A stretch of 64,000 bases of DNA from Defluviicoccus sp. (GTDB taxonomy: Bacteria; Pseudomonadota; Alphaproteobacteria; MPNO01): positions 2,287 through 66,286 of the forward strand of contig JAPPIT010000058.1 in the NCBI GenBank assembly GCA_028820505.1, read 5' to 3'. Numbering within the stretch: position 1 is the first letter of the stretch; every line of letters begins with the position of its first letter. This document shows positions 1-8,702 of this stretch, piece after piece. The notes under the pieces were generated by a model. The model ran no database searches, had not been told where the DNA came from, and worked only from the letters and a program-made list of their open reading frames with translations. A program made the position numbers and the translations under genes.

Positions 1-594
1 GACATCCACGCGCGCACGGCGGGCGAGGTGTTCGGGCTGCCGGTGGACGGGATGGACCCGGCGGTACGCAACCGCGCCAAGGCGATCAATTTCGGGATCA
101 TCTACGGAATCAGCCCGTTCGGGCTGGGGCGCCAGCTCGGCATCCCGCAGAGCGAGGCGCGGGCCTATATCGAGGCCTATTTCGAGCACTATCCCGGCAT
201 TCGGGACTACATGGAGACCACAAAGGCCTTCGCGCGCGCCAACGGTTACGTGACGACGGCGTTCGGGCGGCGCTGCCACACGCCGGCGATCGCCGACAAG
301 AACCCGGCGCGGCGCAACTTCTCCGAGCGCGCGGCGATCAACGCGCCGCTGCAGGGCGCGGCGGCCGACATCATCAAGCGCGCGATGATCCGCTTGCCCG
401 GAGCGCTCGCGGACGCCGGCCTCGGCGCCCGGATGCTGCTCCAGGTCCACGACGAGCTCCTGTTCGAGGTCCCCGACGGCGAGCTCGACGACACCGCCGC
501 CCTCGTCGCCCGCACGATGGAGAACGCCGCCCATCTGAGCGTGCCGCTCACCGTCGAGACCGGCCGGGGCCGCAACTGGGCCGAGGCGCATTAG
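1..594 (+). CDS. polA: DNA polymerase I, C-terminal polymerase domain (5' end outside window)
   Basis: The frame is open from base 1. The translation carries the palm/fingers motifs of pol I, including RRxAKxINFGIIYG and the LLQVHDELLFE motif C region. Stop codon at 592-594. Confidence 0.9.
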   Translation, partial: DIHARTAGEVFGLPVDGMDPAVRNRAKAINFGIIYGISPFGLGRQLGIPQSEARAYIEAYFEHYPGIRDYMETTKAFARANGYVTTAFGRRCHTPAIADKNPARRNFSERAAINAPLQGAAADIIKRAMIRLPGALADAGLGARMLLQVHDELLFEVPDGELDDTAALVARTMENAAHLSVPLTVETGRGRNWAEAH

Positions 595-651
595 CCCGCA
601 CTTCTCACCAAGGATCGACACAAAGGTCGCACCGTGGCCGACTCCAAAGGT

Positions 652-737
652 GTCACCCCGGCCTTGAGCCGGGGTCCAGAGCCACGGGTACCGCTCCCGC
701 CCGGCTTCCCTGGACCCCGGCTCAAGGCCGGGGTGAC
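652..737. repeat. mirrored double-hairpin inverted repeat (gtcaccccggccttgagccggggtc ... gaccccggctcaaggccggggtgac)
   Basis: Two 25-nt arms are exact reverse complements of each other. Each arm is itself a ccccggc/gccgggg hairpin. Intergenic position downstream of polA. Confidence 0.5.
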
Positions 738-848
738 AGCGGGGCGAACGACGGCCTGCGAACGTCGCCGGAGCCGCCAGCGAGCGGGTGAGGATTCACG
801 GCTGGCCTCTCCGCCGCCTCTCCCCTCCCTCCGGGAGGGGCTAGGGAA

Positions 849-872
849 GGCATCTTGATGCCTTCGGTTTTG
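849..872 (+). terminator. candidate intrinsic terminator downstream of polA
   Basis: A ggcatc-tt-gatgcc stem-loop is followed by ttcggtttt. A cccctccctccgggagggg hairpin lies just upstream at 822-840. Confidence 0.3.
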
Positions 873-1039
873 ATGCAATGATGACTCCGCGCCGCGCGGA
901 ACCGCCATGCGAAGACCGGGCCGCAAACCGCTGGCGGGACGCCGGTTTTCCCCGCCACGCGCTTCTCCGCACCGGGTTCCGGAGCGCGGGCGGTCGGTCG
1001 TTCCGTCCCCGGGGGACGGGAAAAATACCGTTTCACGCT

Positions 1040-1096
1040 AATGTTTCACGTGAAACATAGGTCAACAGTGCTGACCTTTGTTTCACGTGAAACATT
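1040..1096. repeat. nested palindromic repeat, copy A (TGTTTCACGTGAAACA - palindromic spacer - TGTTTCACGTGAAACA)
   Basis: Two perfect 16-bp CACGTG-centred palindromes flank an aggtca-N7-tgacct palindrome. A degenerate half-site lies at 1031-1040. The same architecture recurs at 7757-7813. Confidence 0.6.
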
Positions 1097-1280
1097 AGCC
1101 GCGCTTGAACAGCCCCTCGACGCCGGCGCGGTGGCGCTGTTTCCTGTCGATGTCCTCGCGCACGCGGCGAATCTCGGCTTCGAGCTCGGCGATGTACTCC
1201 TCGAGCTCCCCGATGGAGAGCGAGTCGAGCTCGCGGAGCTTCCTGGGCCCCTTCTGGGGTGTCAGGTCCTCTTCGTCCAC
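1095..1280 (-). CDS. DUF1192 family small protein
   Basis: C-terminal EEDLTPQKGPRKLRELDSLSIGELEEYIAELEAEIRRVREDIDRKQ is the conserved DUF1192 core of alphaproteobacteria. GTG start chosen at 1278-1280. An upstream in-frame ATG would overlap the divergent qor start. Confidence 0.5.
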   Translation of the reverse strand: MDEEDLTPQKGPRKLRELDSLSIGELEEYIAELEAEIRRVREDIDRKQRHRAGVEGLFKRG

Positions 1281-1368
1281 GCCGCCATCCCCCCTGCGAT
1301 CCGCCTTGCCAGTGTGTCGCCCAGCCGCTAGACAGGCAACCCGTTCGACCGGACCCCGAACCCCCGCG

Positions 1369-2370
1369 ATGACCCAGACCGTTCCTGCCTCGATGAAGGC
1401 GATCGAGATATCCGAGCCCGGCGGGCCCGACATGCTGCGGCCGTGCACCCGCCCGGTCCCGCAGCCGGGCGAGGGCGAGGTGCTGGTGAAGGTCGCGGCG
1501 GCGGGGGTCAACTACCCCGACGTCGCCCAGCGCCGCGGCAACTACCCGCCGCCGCCGGGGGCAAGCGACCTGCCGGGGCTGGAAATCGCGGGCACCGTCG
1601 TGGCGCAGGGCCCGGGCGTATCCGGGCCGGCGCCAGGGGACGAGATCTGCGCGCTGGTGAGCGGCGGCGGCTATGCGGAGTACTGCGCGGTGCCGGTGCC
1701 GCAATGCCTGCCGATCCCGGACGGGCTCGACACGGTGCGGGCGGCGGCGCTGCCCGAGACCTTCTTCACCGTCTGGACCAATTTGTTCGACGGCGGACGG
1801 ATGAAGGCGGGCGAGACGGTGCTGATCCACGGCGGCTCGGGCGGGATCGGCACCACCGCCATCCAGATCGCGCGCGCCTTCGGCGCCCGCGTGTTCGCGA
1901 CCGCGCGCACCGCCGAGAAATGCGCCTTCTGCGAGGAATTGGGGGCGGAGCGGGCGATTAACTACGCCGAGGAGGATTTCGTCGCCGTCGTCAGGGAGCT
2001 GACGGAGAAGCGCGGCGTCGACCTGATCCTCGACATGGTGGGCGGCGACTATCTCGCGCGCAACGTCCGCGCGCTCGCCGTCGAGGGGCGGCTGGTCCAG
2101 ATCGCGGTCCGGGAGGGGGCGGAGGCGACGATCCCGCTGGGCCTCCTGATGGTCAAGCGGCTGGTGCTGACCGGGTCCACGCTGAGGCCCCGGACCGTCG
2201 CCCAGAAGGGCGCCATCGCCGCCGCCCTCGAACGCGAGGTCTGGCCGCTGCTCGCCGAGGGGAGCGTGCGGCCAGTCGTCCACGCCACCTTCGCGCTCGA
2301 CGAGGCAGCCGAGGCACACGCGCTGATGGAATCGAGCGCGCATATCGGTAAGATCGTGTTGACCGTTTGA
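1369..2370 (+). CDS. qor: NADPH:quinone oxidoreductase (zinc-type medium-chain dehydrogenase family)
   Basis: Begins MKAIEI..GGPDML. Carries the GAGVNYPD motif, the GGSGGIG nucleotide-binding motif and HIGKIVL at the C-terminus, typical of Qor/zeta-crystallin proteins. Confidence 0.85.
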   Translation: MTQTVPASMKAIEISEPGGPDMLRPCTRPVPQPGEGEVLVKVAAAGVNYPDVAQRRGNYPPPPGASDLPGLEIAGTVVAQGPGVSGPAPGDEICALVSGGGYAEYCAVPVPQCLPIPDGLDTVRAAALPETFFTVWTNLFDGGRMKAGETVLIHGGSGGIGTTAIQIARAFGARVFATARTAEKCAFCEELGAERAINYAEEDFVAVVRELTEKRGVDLILDMVGGDYLARNVRALAVEGRLVQIAVREGAEATIPLGLLMVKRLVLTGSTLRPRTVAQKGAIAAALEREVWPLLAEGSVRPVVHATFALDEAAEAHALMESSAHIGKIVLTV

Positions 2371-2410
2371 AAACCCCCGGAACCCACCGGGCCGCGACGA
2401 AAGAAAGCGC

Positions 2411-3031
2411 ATGAGCAACCCATTGATGCCCAAGGCCACCGCGGTGTGGCTGATCGAGAACACCGCGCTCACCTTCGAGCAGATCGCCGCGTTCTGCGGC
2501 CTCCACGAGCTCGAGGTGCAGAGCATCGCCGACGAGGAGGTCGCGATCGGGATCATCGGCTTCGACCCGATCGCCAGCGGCCAGCTGACCCGCGAGGAGA
2601 TCGAGCGGTGCAGCGCCGACCCGGCGGCGCGCCTGGAGATGGCGGTCCAGGACATCCCGCGCCCGTCGCCCAGGACCAAGGGGCCGCGCTACACCCCGGT
2701 CGCGCGCCGCCAGGACAAGCCGGACGCGATCGCCTGGCTGGTGCGCCACTGCCCCGACCTCACCGACGGGCAGATCTCGAAGCTGATCGGCACCACCAAG
2801 CCGACCATCGTCGCGATCCGCGAGCGCACCCACTGGAACATGGCGAACATCAAGCCGCGCGAGCCGGTCGGACTGGAGCTGTGCACCCGCGCCGATCTCG
2901 ACGCGGCGCTGGAGAAGGCGGGCTACGTCCCCGAGCCCATCGACGACGAAGGCGTGTTTCCCGTCGAACAGCTTGCCCGGACCGAGCCCGATCCGCCGGA
3001 GCCGCCGGACCCCGATTCTCAGTTCGGGTAG
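2411..3031 (+). CDS. DUF1013 family protein (cell-cycle-linked conserved alphaproteobacterial protein)
   Basis: The conserved N-terminal block MPKATAVWLIENTALTFEQIAAFCGLHELEVQ is repeated as an internal DUF1013 module, KPDAIAWLVRHCPDLTDGQISKLIGTTKPTIVAIR. Confidence 0.75.
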   Translation: MSNPLMPKATAVWLIENTALTFEQIAAFCGLHELEVQSIADEEVAIGIIGFDPIASGQLTREEIERCSADPAARLEMAVQDIPRPSPRTKGPRYTPVARRQDKPDAIAWLVRHCPDLTDGQISKLIGTTKPTIVAIRERTHWNMANIKPREPVGLELCTRADLDAALEKAGYVPEPIDDEGVFPVEQLARTEPDPPEPPDPDSQFG

Positions 3032-4914
3032 CCGGCCGCGCTCAACGACGCCGCGATCTCGTCGAGGGCCGCCGGGTCCTCGATGGTCGCCGGCATCTTC
3101 CATTCCTCGCCGTCGGCGATCTGGCGCATCGTGCCGCGCAGGATCTTGCCCGACCGCGTCTTGGGCAGGCGGGCAACCACCGAGGCCGACTTGAAGGCGG
3201 CGACCGGGCCGATCCGCCCGCGCACCATGCCGACCGCCTCGTCCACGATGATGCCGGTGTCGCGCTCGACCCCGTCCTTGAGGACCAGCAGCCCGAACGG
3301 GACCTGGCCCTTGAGCGCGTCGGCGACGCCGATCACCGCGCATTCGGCGACGTCGGGATGCTCGGCGAGCACCTCCTCCATCGCGCCGGTCGAGAGCCGG
3401 TGCCCGGCGACGTTGATGATGTCGTCGGTCCGGGCCATCACGAACACGTAGCCGTCCTCGTCGATATAGCCCGCGTCGGCGGTCGCGTAGTGGCCCGGGA
3501 ACTCGGTCAGGTAGGCCTCGCGGAAGCGCCGGTCGGCGTTCCACAGCGTCGGCGCGCAGCCGGGCGGCATCGGCAGGCGCGCGACCAGCGCGCCGATCTC
3601 GCCCGCCGGACGCTCCTTGCCCGCCTCGTCGAGCACCCGCAGGTCCCAGCCGGGCACGGCGCGGGTGGGCGAGCCGTACTTGACCGGCACCCGCCCGAGG
3701 CCGACGCAGTTGGCGGCGATCGGCCAGCCCGTCTCGGTCTGCCACCAATGGTCGATCACCGGCACGCCGAGATGGTCCTCGGCCCACTTGACGGTGTCGG
3801 GATCGGCCCGCTCGCCGGCGAGGTAGAGGGCCTCGAAGCCCGACATGTCGTAGGCCGCGCGGAGCGCGCAGCCGGGGTCTTCCTTCTTGATCGCGCGGAA
3901 GGCGGTCGGCGCGGTGAACAGCGCCTTGACGCCGTGCTCGGCGATCGTGCGCCAGTAGACGCCGGCGTCGGGCGTGCCGATGGGCTTGCCCTCGAACAGG
4001 ATGCTGGTCGACCCGTTCAGGAGCGGCGCGTAGACGATGTAGGAGTGCCCCACCACCCAGCCGACGTCGGAGGCGGCCCAGAAGACCTCGCCCGGCCCGG
4101 TGTCGTAGATGTTGGGCATCGACCATTTGAGCACCACGGCGTGCCCGCCATTGTCGCGAACGATCCCCTTGGGCTGGCCCGTCGTCCCCGAGGTGTAGAG
4201 GATGTAGAGCGGATCGGTCGCCGCCACCGGCACGCAATCGGCCGGGGAGGCCGCCGCCACGGCCTCGTCCCAGTCGACGTCGCGGCCGGGCACCAGCTCG
4301 GCGGGTCCGGCCTCGCGCTGCAGGATGACGCAGAATTCGGGCTTGTGGCGGGCGGTCTCGATCGCCGCGTCGAGCAGCGGCTTGTAGCGGACGACCCGGT
4401 TGGGCTCGATCCCGCAGGAGCCGGCGACGATCGCCTTGGGCGTGGAATCGTCGATCCGCACCGCGAGCTCGTTGGCGGCGAACCCGCCGAACACGACCGA
4501 ATGGACCGCGCCGAGCCTGGCGCAGGCGAGCATGGCGATCGCCGCCTCCGGCACCATCGGCATGTAGATCACCACCCGGTCGCCGCGGCCGATGCCCCGC
4601 GACGCGAGCGCGCCGGCGAACCGCGCCACGCGGTCCCGCAGCTCGGCATAGGTGAAACTGCGCTGCGCGCCGGTGACCGGACTGTCGTAGATCAGCGCCG
4701 TCCGGTCGCCGATCCCCGCCGCGACATGCCGGTCGAGCGCGTTGTGGCAGGTGTTCAGCATGCCGCCCGCGAACCAGCGCGCCGCCGGTTGCGCGCCGTC
4801 GTCGATCACGCGGTCCCAGCGCCGGTCCCAGTCGATCGCCTCGGCGGCTTCGGCCCAGAACCCCTCGGGGTCGTTCAGGGACCGGCGGTAGATTTCGTTG
4901 TAGCGCTCGCTCAC
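3019..4914 (-). CDS. prpE: propionate/acetate--CoA ligase (AMP-forming acyl-CoA synthetase)
   Basis: 631 aa from a GTG start. N-terminal MSERYNEIYRRSLNDPEGFW, the AMP-binding motif YTSGTTGQPKG, and the C-terminal SGKILRG lysine motif. Length and motifs fit PrpE better than Acs. Confidence 0.75.
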   Translation of the reverse strand: MSERYNEIYRRSLNDPEGFWAEAAEAIDWDRRWDRVIDDGAQPAARWFAGGMLNTCHNALDRHVAAGIGDRTALIYDSPVTGAQRSFTYAELRDRVARFAGALASRGIGRGDRVVIYMPMVPEAAIAMLACARLGAVHSVVFGGFAANELAVRIDDSTPKAIVAGSCGIEPNRVVRYKPLLDAAIETARHKPEFCVILQREAGPAELVPGRDVDWDEAVAAASPADCVPVAATDPLYILYTSGTTGQPKGIVRDNGGHAVVLKWSMPNIYDTGPGEVFWAASDVGWVVGHSYIVYAPLLNGSTSILFEGKPIGTPDAGVYWRTIAEHGVKALFTAPTAFRAIKKEDPGCALRAAYDMSGFEALYLAGERADPDTVKWAEDHLGVPVIDHWWQTETGWPIAANCVGLGRVPVKYGSPTRAVPGWDLRVLDEAGKERPAGEIGALVARLPMPPGCAPTLWNADRRFREAYLTEFPGHYATADAGYIDEDGYVFVMARTDDIINVAGHRLSTGAMEEVLAEHPDVAECAVIGVADALKGQVPFGLLVLKDGVERDTGIIVDEAVGMVRGRIGPVAAFKSASVVARLPKTRSGKILRGTMRQIADGEEWKMPATIEDPAALDEIAASLSAAGYPN

Positions 4915-4985
4915 GGCATCGCCTCCTCGATGGGGATGACGGCGAAAGACCCCCGGCGCGGGGTCGGGGCGCCCGGGGCGCGGAA

Positions 4986-5159
4986 CTAGCCGGTCGTTAC
5001 CGTCAGCCGGGCCAGTTCGTCCTTGATCCTGAGTTTGCGTTTCTTGAGATCCGCGATCGTCGCGGCGTCGGGCAGGGGCCGCGCGTTTTCCTGGGAAAGC
5101 GCCTCCTCGAGCTCGGCGTGGCGAGCCTTCAAGGAGGCGACCTGCTCTTCGACATTCAT
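4986..5159 (-). CDS. DUF465 (YdcH-like) small protein, paralog 1
   Basis: 57 aa, MNVEEQVASLKARHAELEEALSQE...LKKRKLRIKDELARL. Not in the ORF track because it is below the length cut-off. The frame was verified against flanking ORFs. Confidence 0.6.
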   Translation of the reverse strand: MNVEEQVASLKARHAELEEALSQENARPLPDAATIADLKKRKLRIKDELARLTVTTG

Positions 5160-5249
5160 CGACCGTCCTCCCGTTCCCTTCGGCGTGTGGGAATCAGGAT
5201 ACCCTGCCGGGCGACCGATGCAATCGACTCTCGCGGGAGATGTCCGCGA

Positions 5250-5819
5250 TCAGGCGGCAAATCGCGCCCTGACCGCCTCGGCGACCGCGGCGGGCCCGAG
5301 CGCGTCGAACGCGGGGCCGAGGATGATCGCGGTCTCGGCGGCGTCGGCGGCGTCTGGGGCGATCCCCTCGGCCCGGAAATAGAGGCGCACGTTGCCGAGC
5401 GCATGGTCGAGCCGCGCCGCGTCGCCGAGGCTTTCGTCGGCGTCGCGGGTCACCGAGCCGGCCAGCATCAGCTGCTCGACATGCTCCAGGTCGACCTCGA
5501 TCTTGGCGATGCGCCGGCGGATCGGCTCGCTGAGATCGACCGGCGCGCCGCCGAACCCGCCCTTCAACCGCTGGCGGACGGCGCGGACGGCGCGGACCGC
5601 GTCGCGGTGCCAGTCATCGACCGCCCCGCGCACCCGGGCGATGTCGCTATCGTCGAGCGTCCCCCTCCCGCTCGCGCCGAGCCAGGCGCAGTAGAGCAGC
5701 ACGTTCACGTCGATCCCGTGGCGCTCCTGCAGCACGAGGCAGGCCTCGGGCACGCCCGCGCTGCCGTAGACCCTGAGCGAAAAGTCCCAGAACGGGTGGT
5801 CGGGAAATTCGGCCGCCAC
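5250..5819 (-). CDS. TIGR02444/DUF2390 family protein
   Basis: 189 aa. The conserved N-terminus FWDFSLRVYGSAGVPEACLVLQERHGIDVNVLLYCAW is characteristic of this family. Confidence 0.6.
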   Translation of the reverse strand: MAAEFPDHPFWDFSLRVYGSAGVPEACLVLQERHGIDVNVLLYCAWLGASGRGTLDDSDIARVRGAVDDWHRDAVRAVRAVRQRLKGGFGGAPVDLSEPIRRRIAKIEVDLEHVEQLMLAGSVTRDADESLGDAARLDHALGNVRLYFRAEGIAPDAADAAETAIILGPAFDALGPAAVAEAVRARFAA

Positions 5820-5921
5820 GTCTTTCTCCTCGATCCGGGGGATCCGGACCCCGCCAGTGATAACGGTTCGGAGCGCGTTCTGCTATCGTGCGGCCGGTTT
5901 GCGCGGATTTGCAGCGGTACC

Positions 5922-6122
5922 ATGGGAGAGCAGGACATCCTGCGGCGGCGTCTCGCCGAGCTGGAGACGGAGCACCGCGATCTGGACGACGCGATCGCCC
6001 GCATCGCGGAGACGCCGGTCTACGACCAACTGCGGGTGCAGCGGCTCAAGAAGCGCAAGCTGCGGTTGAAGGACGAGATCGCGCGCATCCGCGCGCTGCT
6101 GGTCCCCGACATCATCGCCTGA
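5922..6122 (+). CDS. DUF465 (YdcH-like) small protein, paralog 2
   Basis: 66 aa with the LKKRKLRLKDEIARI motif shared with paralog 1. Divergent from the DUF2390 gene. Confidence 0.6.
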   Translation: MGEQDILRRRLAELETEHRDLDDAIARIAETPVYDQLRVQRLKKRKLRLKDEIARIRALLVPDIIA

Positions 6123-6143
6123 CGCCCGACGGAGGCACGGATC

Positions 6144-6659
6144 TTGCCCGCAGGGTACCGGAAGGAGGACGCGCCGCTGGTCGGCGTGATCATGGGCAGC
6201 CGGTCGGACTGGCCGACGATGCGCCACGCGGCGGACGTGCTCGAGGAGCTCGGGGTTCCGGTGGAGACCCGCGTGGTCTCGGCGCACCGGACGCCCGACC
6301 GGCTCTACGCCTACGCGCGGGAGGCGCGCGGGCGGGGGATCAGGGCGATAATCGCGGGCGCCGGCGGCGCGGCCCATCTGCCGGGCATGGTCGCCTCGAT
6401 GACCACGCTTCCCGTCTTCGGCGTACCGGTGCGCTCGGAGGCGCTTTCCGGGCTCGACAGCCTGCTCTCGATCGTCCAGATGCCGGGCGGCGTGCCGGTC
6501 GGGACCGTCGCCATCGGCGAGGCGGGCGCGCTCAACGCGGGGCTGCTCGCGGCGTCGGTGCTCGCCCTGCTCGACCCCGCGCTGGCGGAACGGCTGGAGG
6601 ACTGGCGGAAGCGCCGGTCCGACGCCGTCCCGGTCGACCCCGCCGATCCGGGGGACTGA
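6144..6659 (+). CDS. purE: 5-(carboxyamino)imidazole ribonucleotide mutase
   Basis: [23 protein letters not shown] and the [12 protein letters not shown] motifs. Confidence 0.9.
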   Translation: MPAGYRKEDAPLVGVIMGSRSDWPTMRHAADVLEELGVPVETRVVSAHRTPDRLYAYAREARGRGIRAIIAGAGGAAHLPGMVASMTTLPVFGVPVRSEALSGLDSLLSIVQMPGGVPVGTVAIGEAGALNAGLLAASVLALLDPALAERLEDWRKRRSDAVPVDPADPGD

Positions 6660-6660
6660 C

Positions 6661-7758
6661 ATGGCGGGCGCGCCGGCGGGCCTGCCGCCGGGTTCGGTCA
6701 TCGGCATCCTGGGCGGCGGCCAGCTCGGCCGGATGATCGCGCTGGCGGCGGCGAGGCTGGGCTATCGCTGCCACGTCTACTGCCCGGAGGAGGACGCGCC
6801 GGCCGCCGAAATCGCCACGCTGGCGACCCGCGCGGATTACGGGGACGAGGCGGCGCTCGACGCCTTCGCGGGCGCGGTGGACGTCGTCACGCTCGAATTC
6901 GAGAACGTTCCGGCCGAGGCGGTCATGCGGATCGCGGAGACGGTTCCGGTCCGCCCGGACGCGAAGGCGCTCGCGGTGGCGCAGGACCGGGTTGCGGAGA
7001 AGAATTTCCTCAACGCTATCGGCGTCGCCACCGCGCGGTTCCGGGAGGTCGCGTCCGCCGGCGACCTCCGTCGGGCGATGGCGGACATCGGCGCGCCCGC
7101 GATCCTCAAGACGGCGCGGCTCGGCTATGACGGGAAGGGCCAGCGGGCGGTCGGACCCGGCGACGATCCGGAGGCGGCATGGCGGCAACTCGGCGCCGGC
7201 CGCGCGATCCTGGAGGCGCGCGTCGATTTCGAGCGCGAGGTCTCGACGATCGTCGCGCGCGGGCGGGACGGTTCGACCGCGGCGTTCGACACCGCCGAGA
7301 ACGCGCACGAGAACGGCATCCTGCGGACCTCGCGCGTTCCGGCGCGCATTCCCTCGGCGGTGGACGGCGAGGCGCGCGCGCTGGCGGCGCGGATCGCCGG
7401 GGCGCTCGACTATGTCGGGGTGCTCACGGTCGAGTTCTTCGTCGCCGGGGACGGCGCCCTGCTCGCCAACGAGATCGCGCCCCGGGTGCACAATTCGGGC
7501 CACTGGACGCTGGACGCCTGCGCCGCGAGCCAGTTCGAGCAGGCGGTGCGCGCCGCCTGCGGGCTGCCGCTCGCGGATGCGGCGCGCCACAGCGACGCCG
7601 TCATGACCAACATCCTCGGCGCCGAAGCCGGGGACTGGCCGCGGATCGCCGCCGAGCCCGGCGCCTGCCTCCACCTCTACGGCAAGGCCGACGCCCGCCC
7701 CGGCCGCAAGATGGGCCACGTCACGAGGCTGACGCCGCGGGGGTCGGAGACGGCCTAA
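6661..7758 (+). CDS. purK: N5-carboxyaminoimidazole ribonucleotide synthase
   Basis: ATP-grasp protein immediately after purE. Carries IGILGGGQLGRM and HNSGHWT motifs. Confidence 0.9.
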   Translation: MAGAPAGLPPGSVIGILGGGQLGRMIALAAARLGYRCHVYCPEEDAPAAEIATLATRADYGDEAALDAFAGAVDVVTLEFENVPAEAVMRIAETVPVRPDAKALAVAQDRVAEKNFLNAIGVATARFREVASAGDLRRAMADIGAPAILKTARLGYDGKGQRAVGPGDDPEAAWRQLGAGRAILEARVDFEREVSTIVARGRDGSTAAFDTAENAHENGILRTSRVPARIPSAVDGEARALAARIAGALDYVGVLTVEFFVAGDGALLANEIAPRVHNSGHWTLDACAASQFEQAVRAACGLPLADAARHSDAVMTNILGAEAGDWPRIAAEPGACLHLYGKADARPGRKMGHVTRLTPRGSETA

Positions 7759-7813
7759 TGTTTCACGTGAAACAAAGGTCAGTGTTGTTGACCTATGTTT
7801 CACGTGAAACATT
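7757..7813. repeat. nested palindromic repeat, copy B
   Basis: taatgtttcacgtgaaaca-aaggtcagtgttgttgacct-atgtttcacgtgaaacattg. Same architecture as copy A. Located immediately after the purK stop. Confidence 0.6.
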
Positions 7814-7856
7814 GCCCCAAGACGGAACTAATTTGCTATCCGGGAGAACGCCGCGC

Positions 7857-8696
7857 CTACGGATCGTTCCAGTAGTTCCACATGCGCTCGCCGATGTCGC
7901 AGCCCCTGGGATAGACGTATCCGGTGGGCGACGATACCCGGATGAGGCGGGGGGCCGGCGCGCCCGCGATCTCGAGGATCAGCTTCCGCCGGATGGCAAG
8001 CGCGAAGTCCTCGAAGCTGTTGGCGACCACGAGAAACGCGCCGGGCCCGCCGATCACGCAGCCGAGATAGTACTTGTCGAGGTCCGGCAGGTAGAACCTG
8101 CGGCCGAACCCGCCGCGGTCGTTCACGATCGGAAGCCCGTTGATGGCGATCCGCCGGGCGATGGCGGCGTCGCGCACCGCGCTGACGAGCCGCCCGTGAT
8201 TGTTGGGCCCGTCGCCCGAGACGTCGATCGCGCGCCGCGTCCCCTCCAGCGCGTTGGTTTCGATCATCTCCTGCGCCATCTCGATGGCGTCGCTGATCGA
8301 GGTCCGCCGACCGAAGGTCAGCGGCGCGGCGAGCAGACGAGCGGCGAAGGCCTCCGCGCTCTTGCGGTCATGCACGATCGTCCAGTCGACGACGATCCTG
8401 TTATAGGCGCGGCTCGAATAGTCGATATAGGCGACGCCGATCCGGCCGAGGATTCCCGACCCGATGGCGCGGATGACCGCTTGGTTGCGGAACGCCGCGG
8501 CGACCCCCTCGCGCTGCAGCAGCGCCTCCTGATGGTCGATGCTGCGCGAGACGTCGGTCGCGATGACGAGCTCGAGATCGACGGGCTCCGCCGCCCGTGC
8601 CGGGGCGGCCAGCGCGCCGACGACGAGCGCCAGACAGGCGCCGCACCGAAATATCCCCGCGCCGGCGCGTCTCTCCATCCGGCCGGTCCCCGGCAT
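7857..8696 (-). CDS. DUF1194 domain protein (vWA-like, secreted)
   Basis: N-terminal signal peptide LALVVGALAAPARA, then DLELVIATDVSRSID with a vWA/MIDAS-like DxSxS. The true start may be MERRAG at 8678. Confidence 0.65.
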   Translation of the reverse strand: MPGTGRMERRAGAGIFRCGACLALVVGALAAPARAAEPVDLELVIATDVSRSIDHQEALLQREGVAAAFRNQAVIRAIGSGILGRIGVAYIDYSSRAYNRIVVDWTIVHDRKSAEAFAARLLAAPLTFGRRTSISDAIEMAQEMIETNALEGTRRAIDVSGDGPNNHGRLVSAVRDAAIARRIAINGLPIVNDRGGFGRRFYLPDLDKYYLGCVIGGPGAFLVVANSFEDFALAIRRKLILEIAGAPAPRLIRVSSPTGYVYPRGCDIGERMWNYWNDP

Positions 8697-8702
8697 CCCG
8701 CC

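Noticed and set aside
1033-1331. ORFs starting or ending with MFHVKH/MFHVKQ (1041-1331 plus, 1033-2679 minus, 6532-7812 minus, and an internal segment of 7179-9455 plus)
   Set aside because: The peptide is the translation of the palindromic repeat TGTTTCACGTGAAACAT read from either strand. It is a repeat artefact, not a protein family.
1095-1511. Longer 138-aa version of the DUF1192 gene, or an MSGPPG start at 1433
   Set aside because: Only the C-terminal 60 aa match the family. The long form would overlap the divergent qor start, and the upstream sequence is non-conserved.
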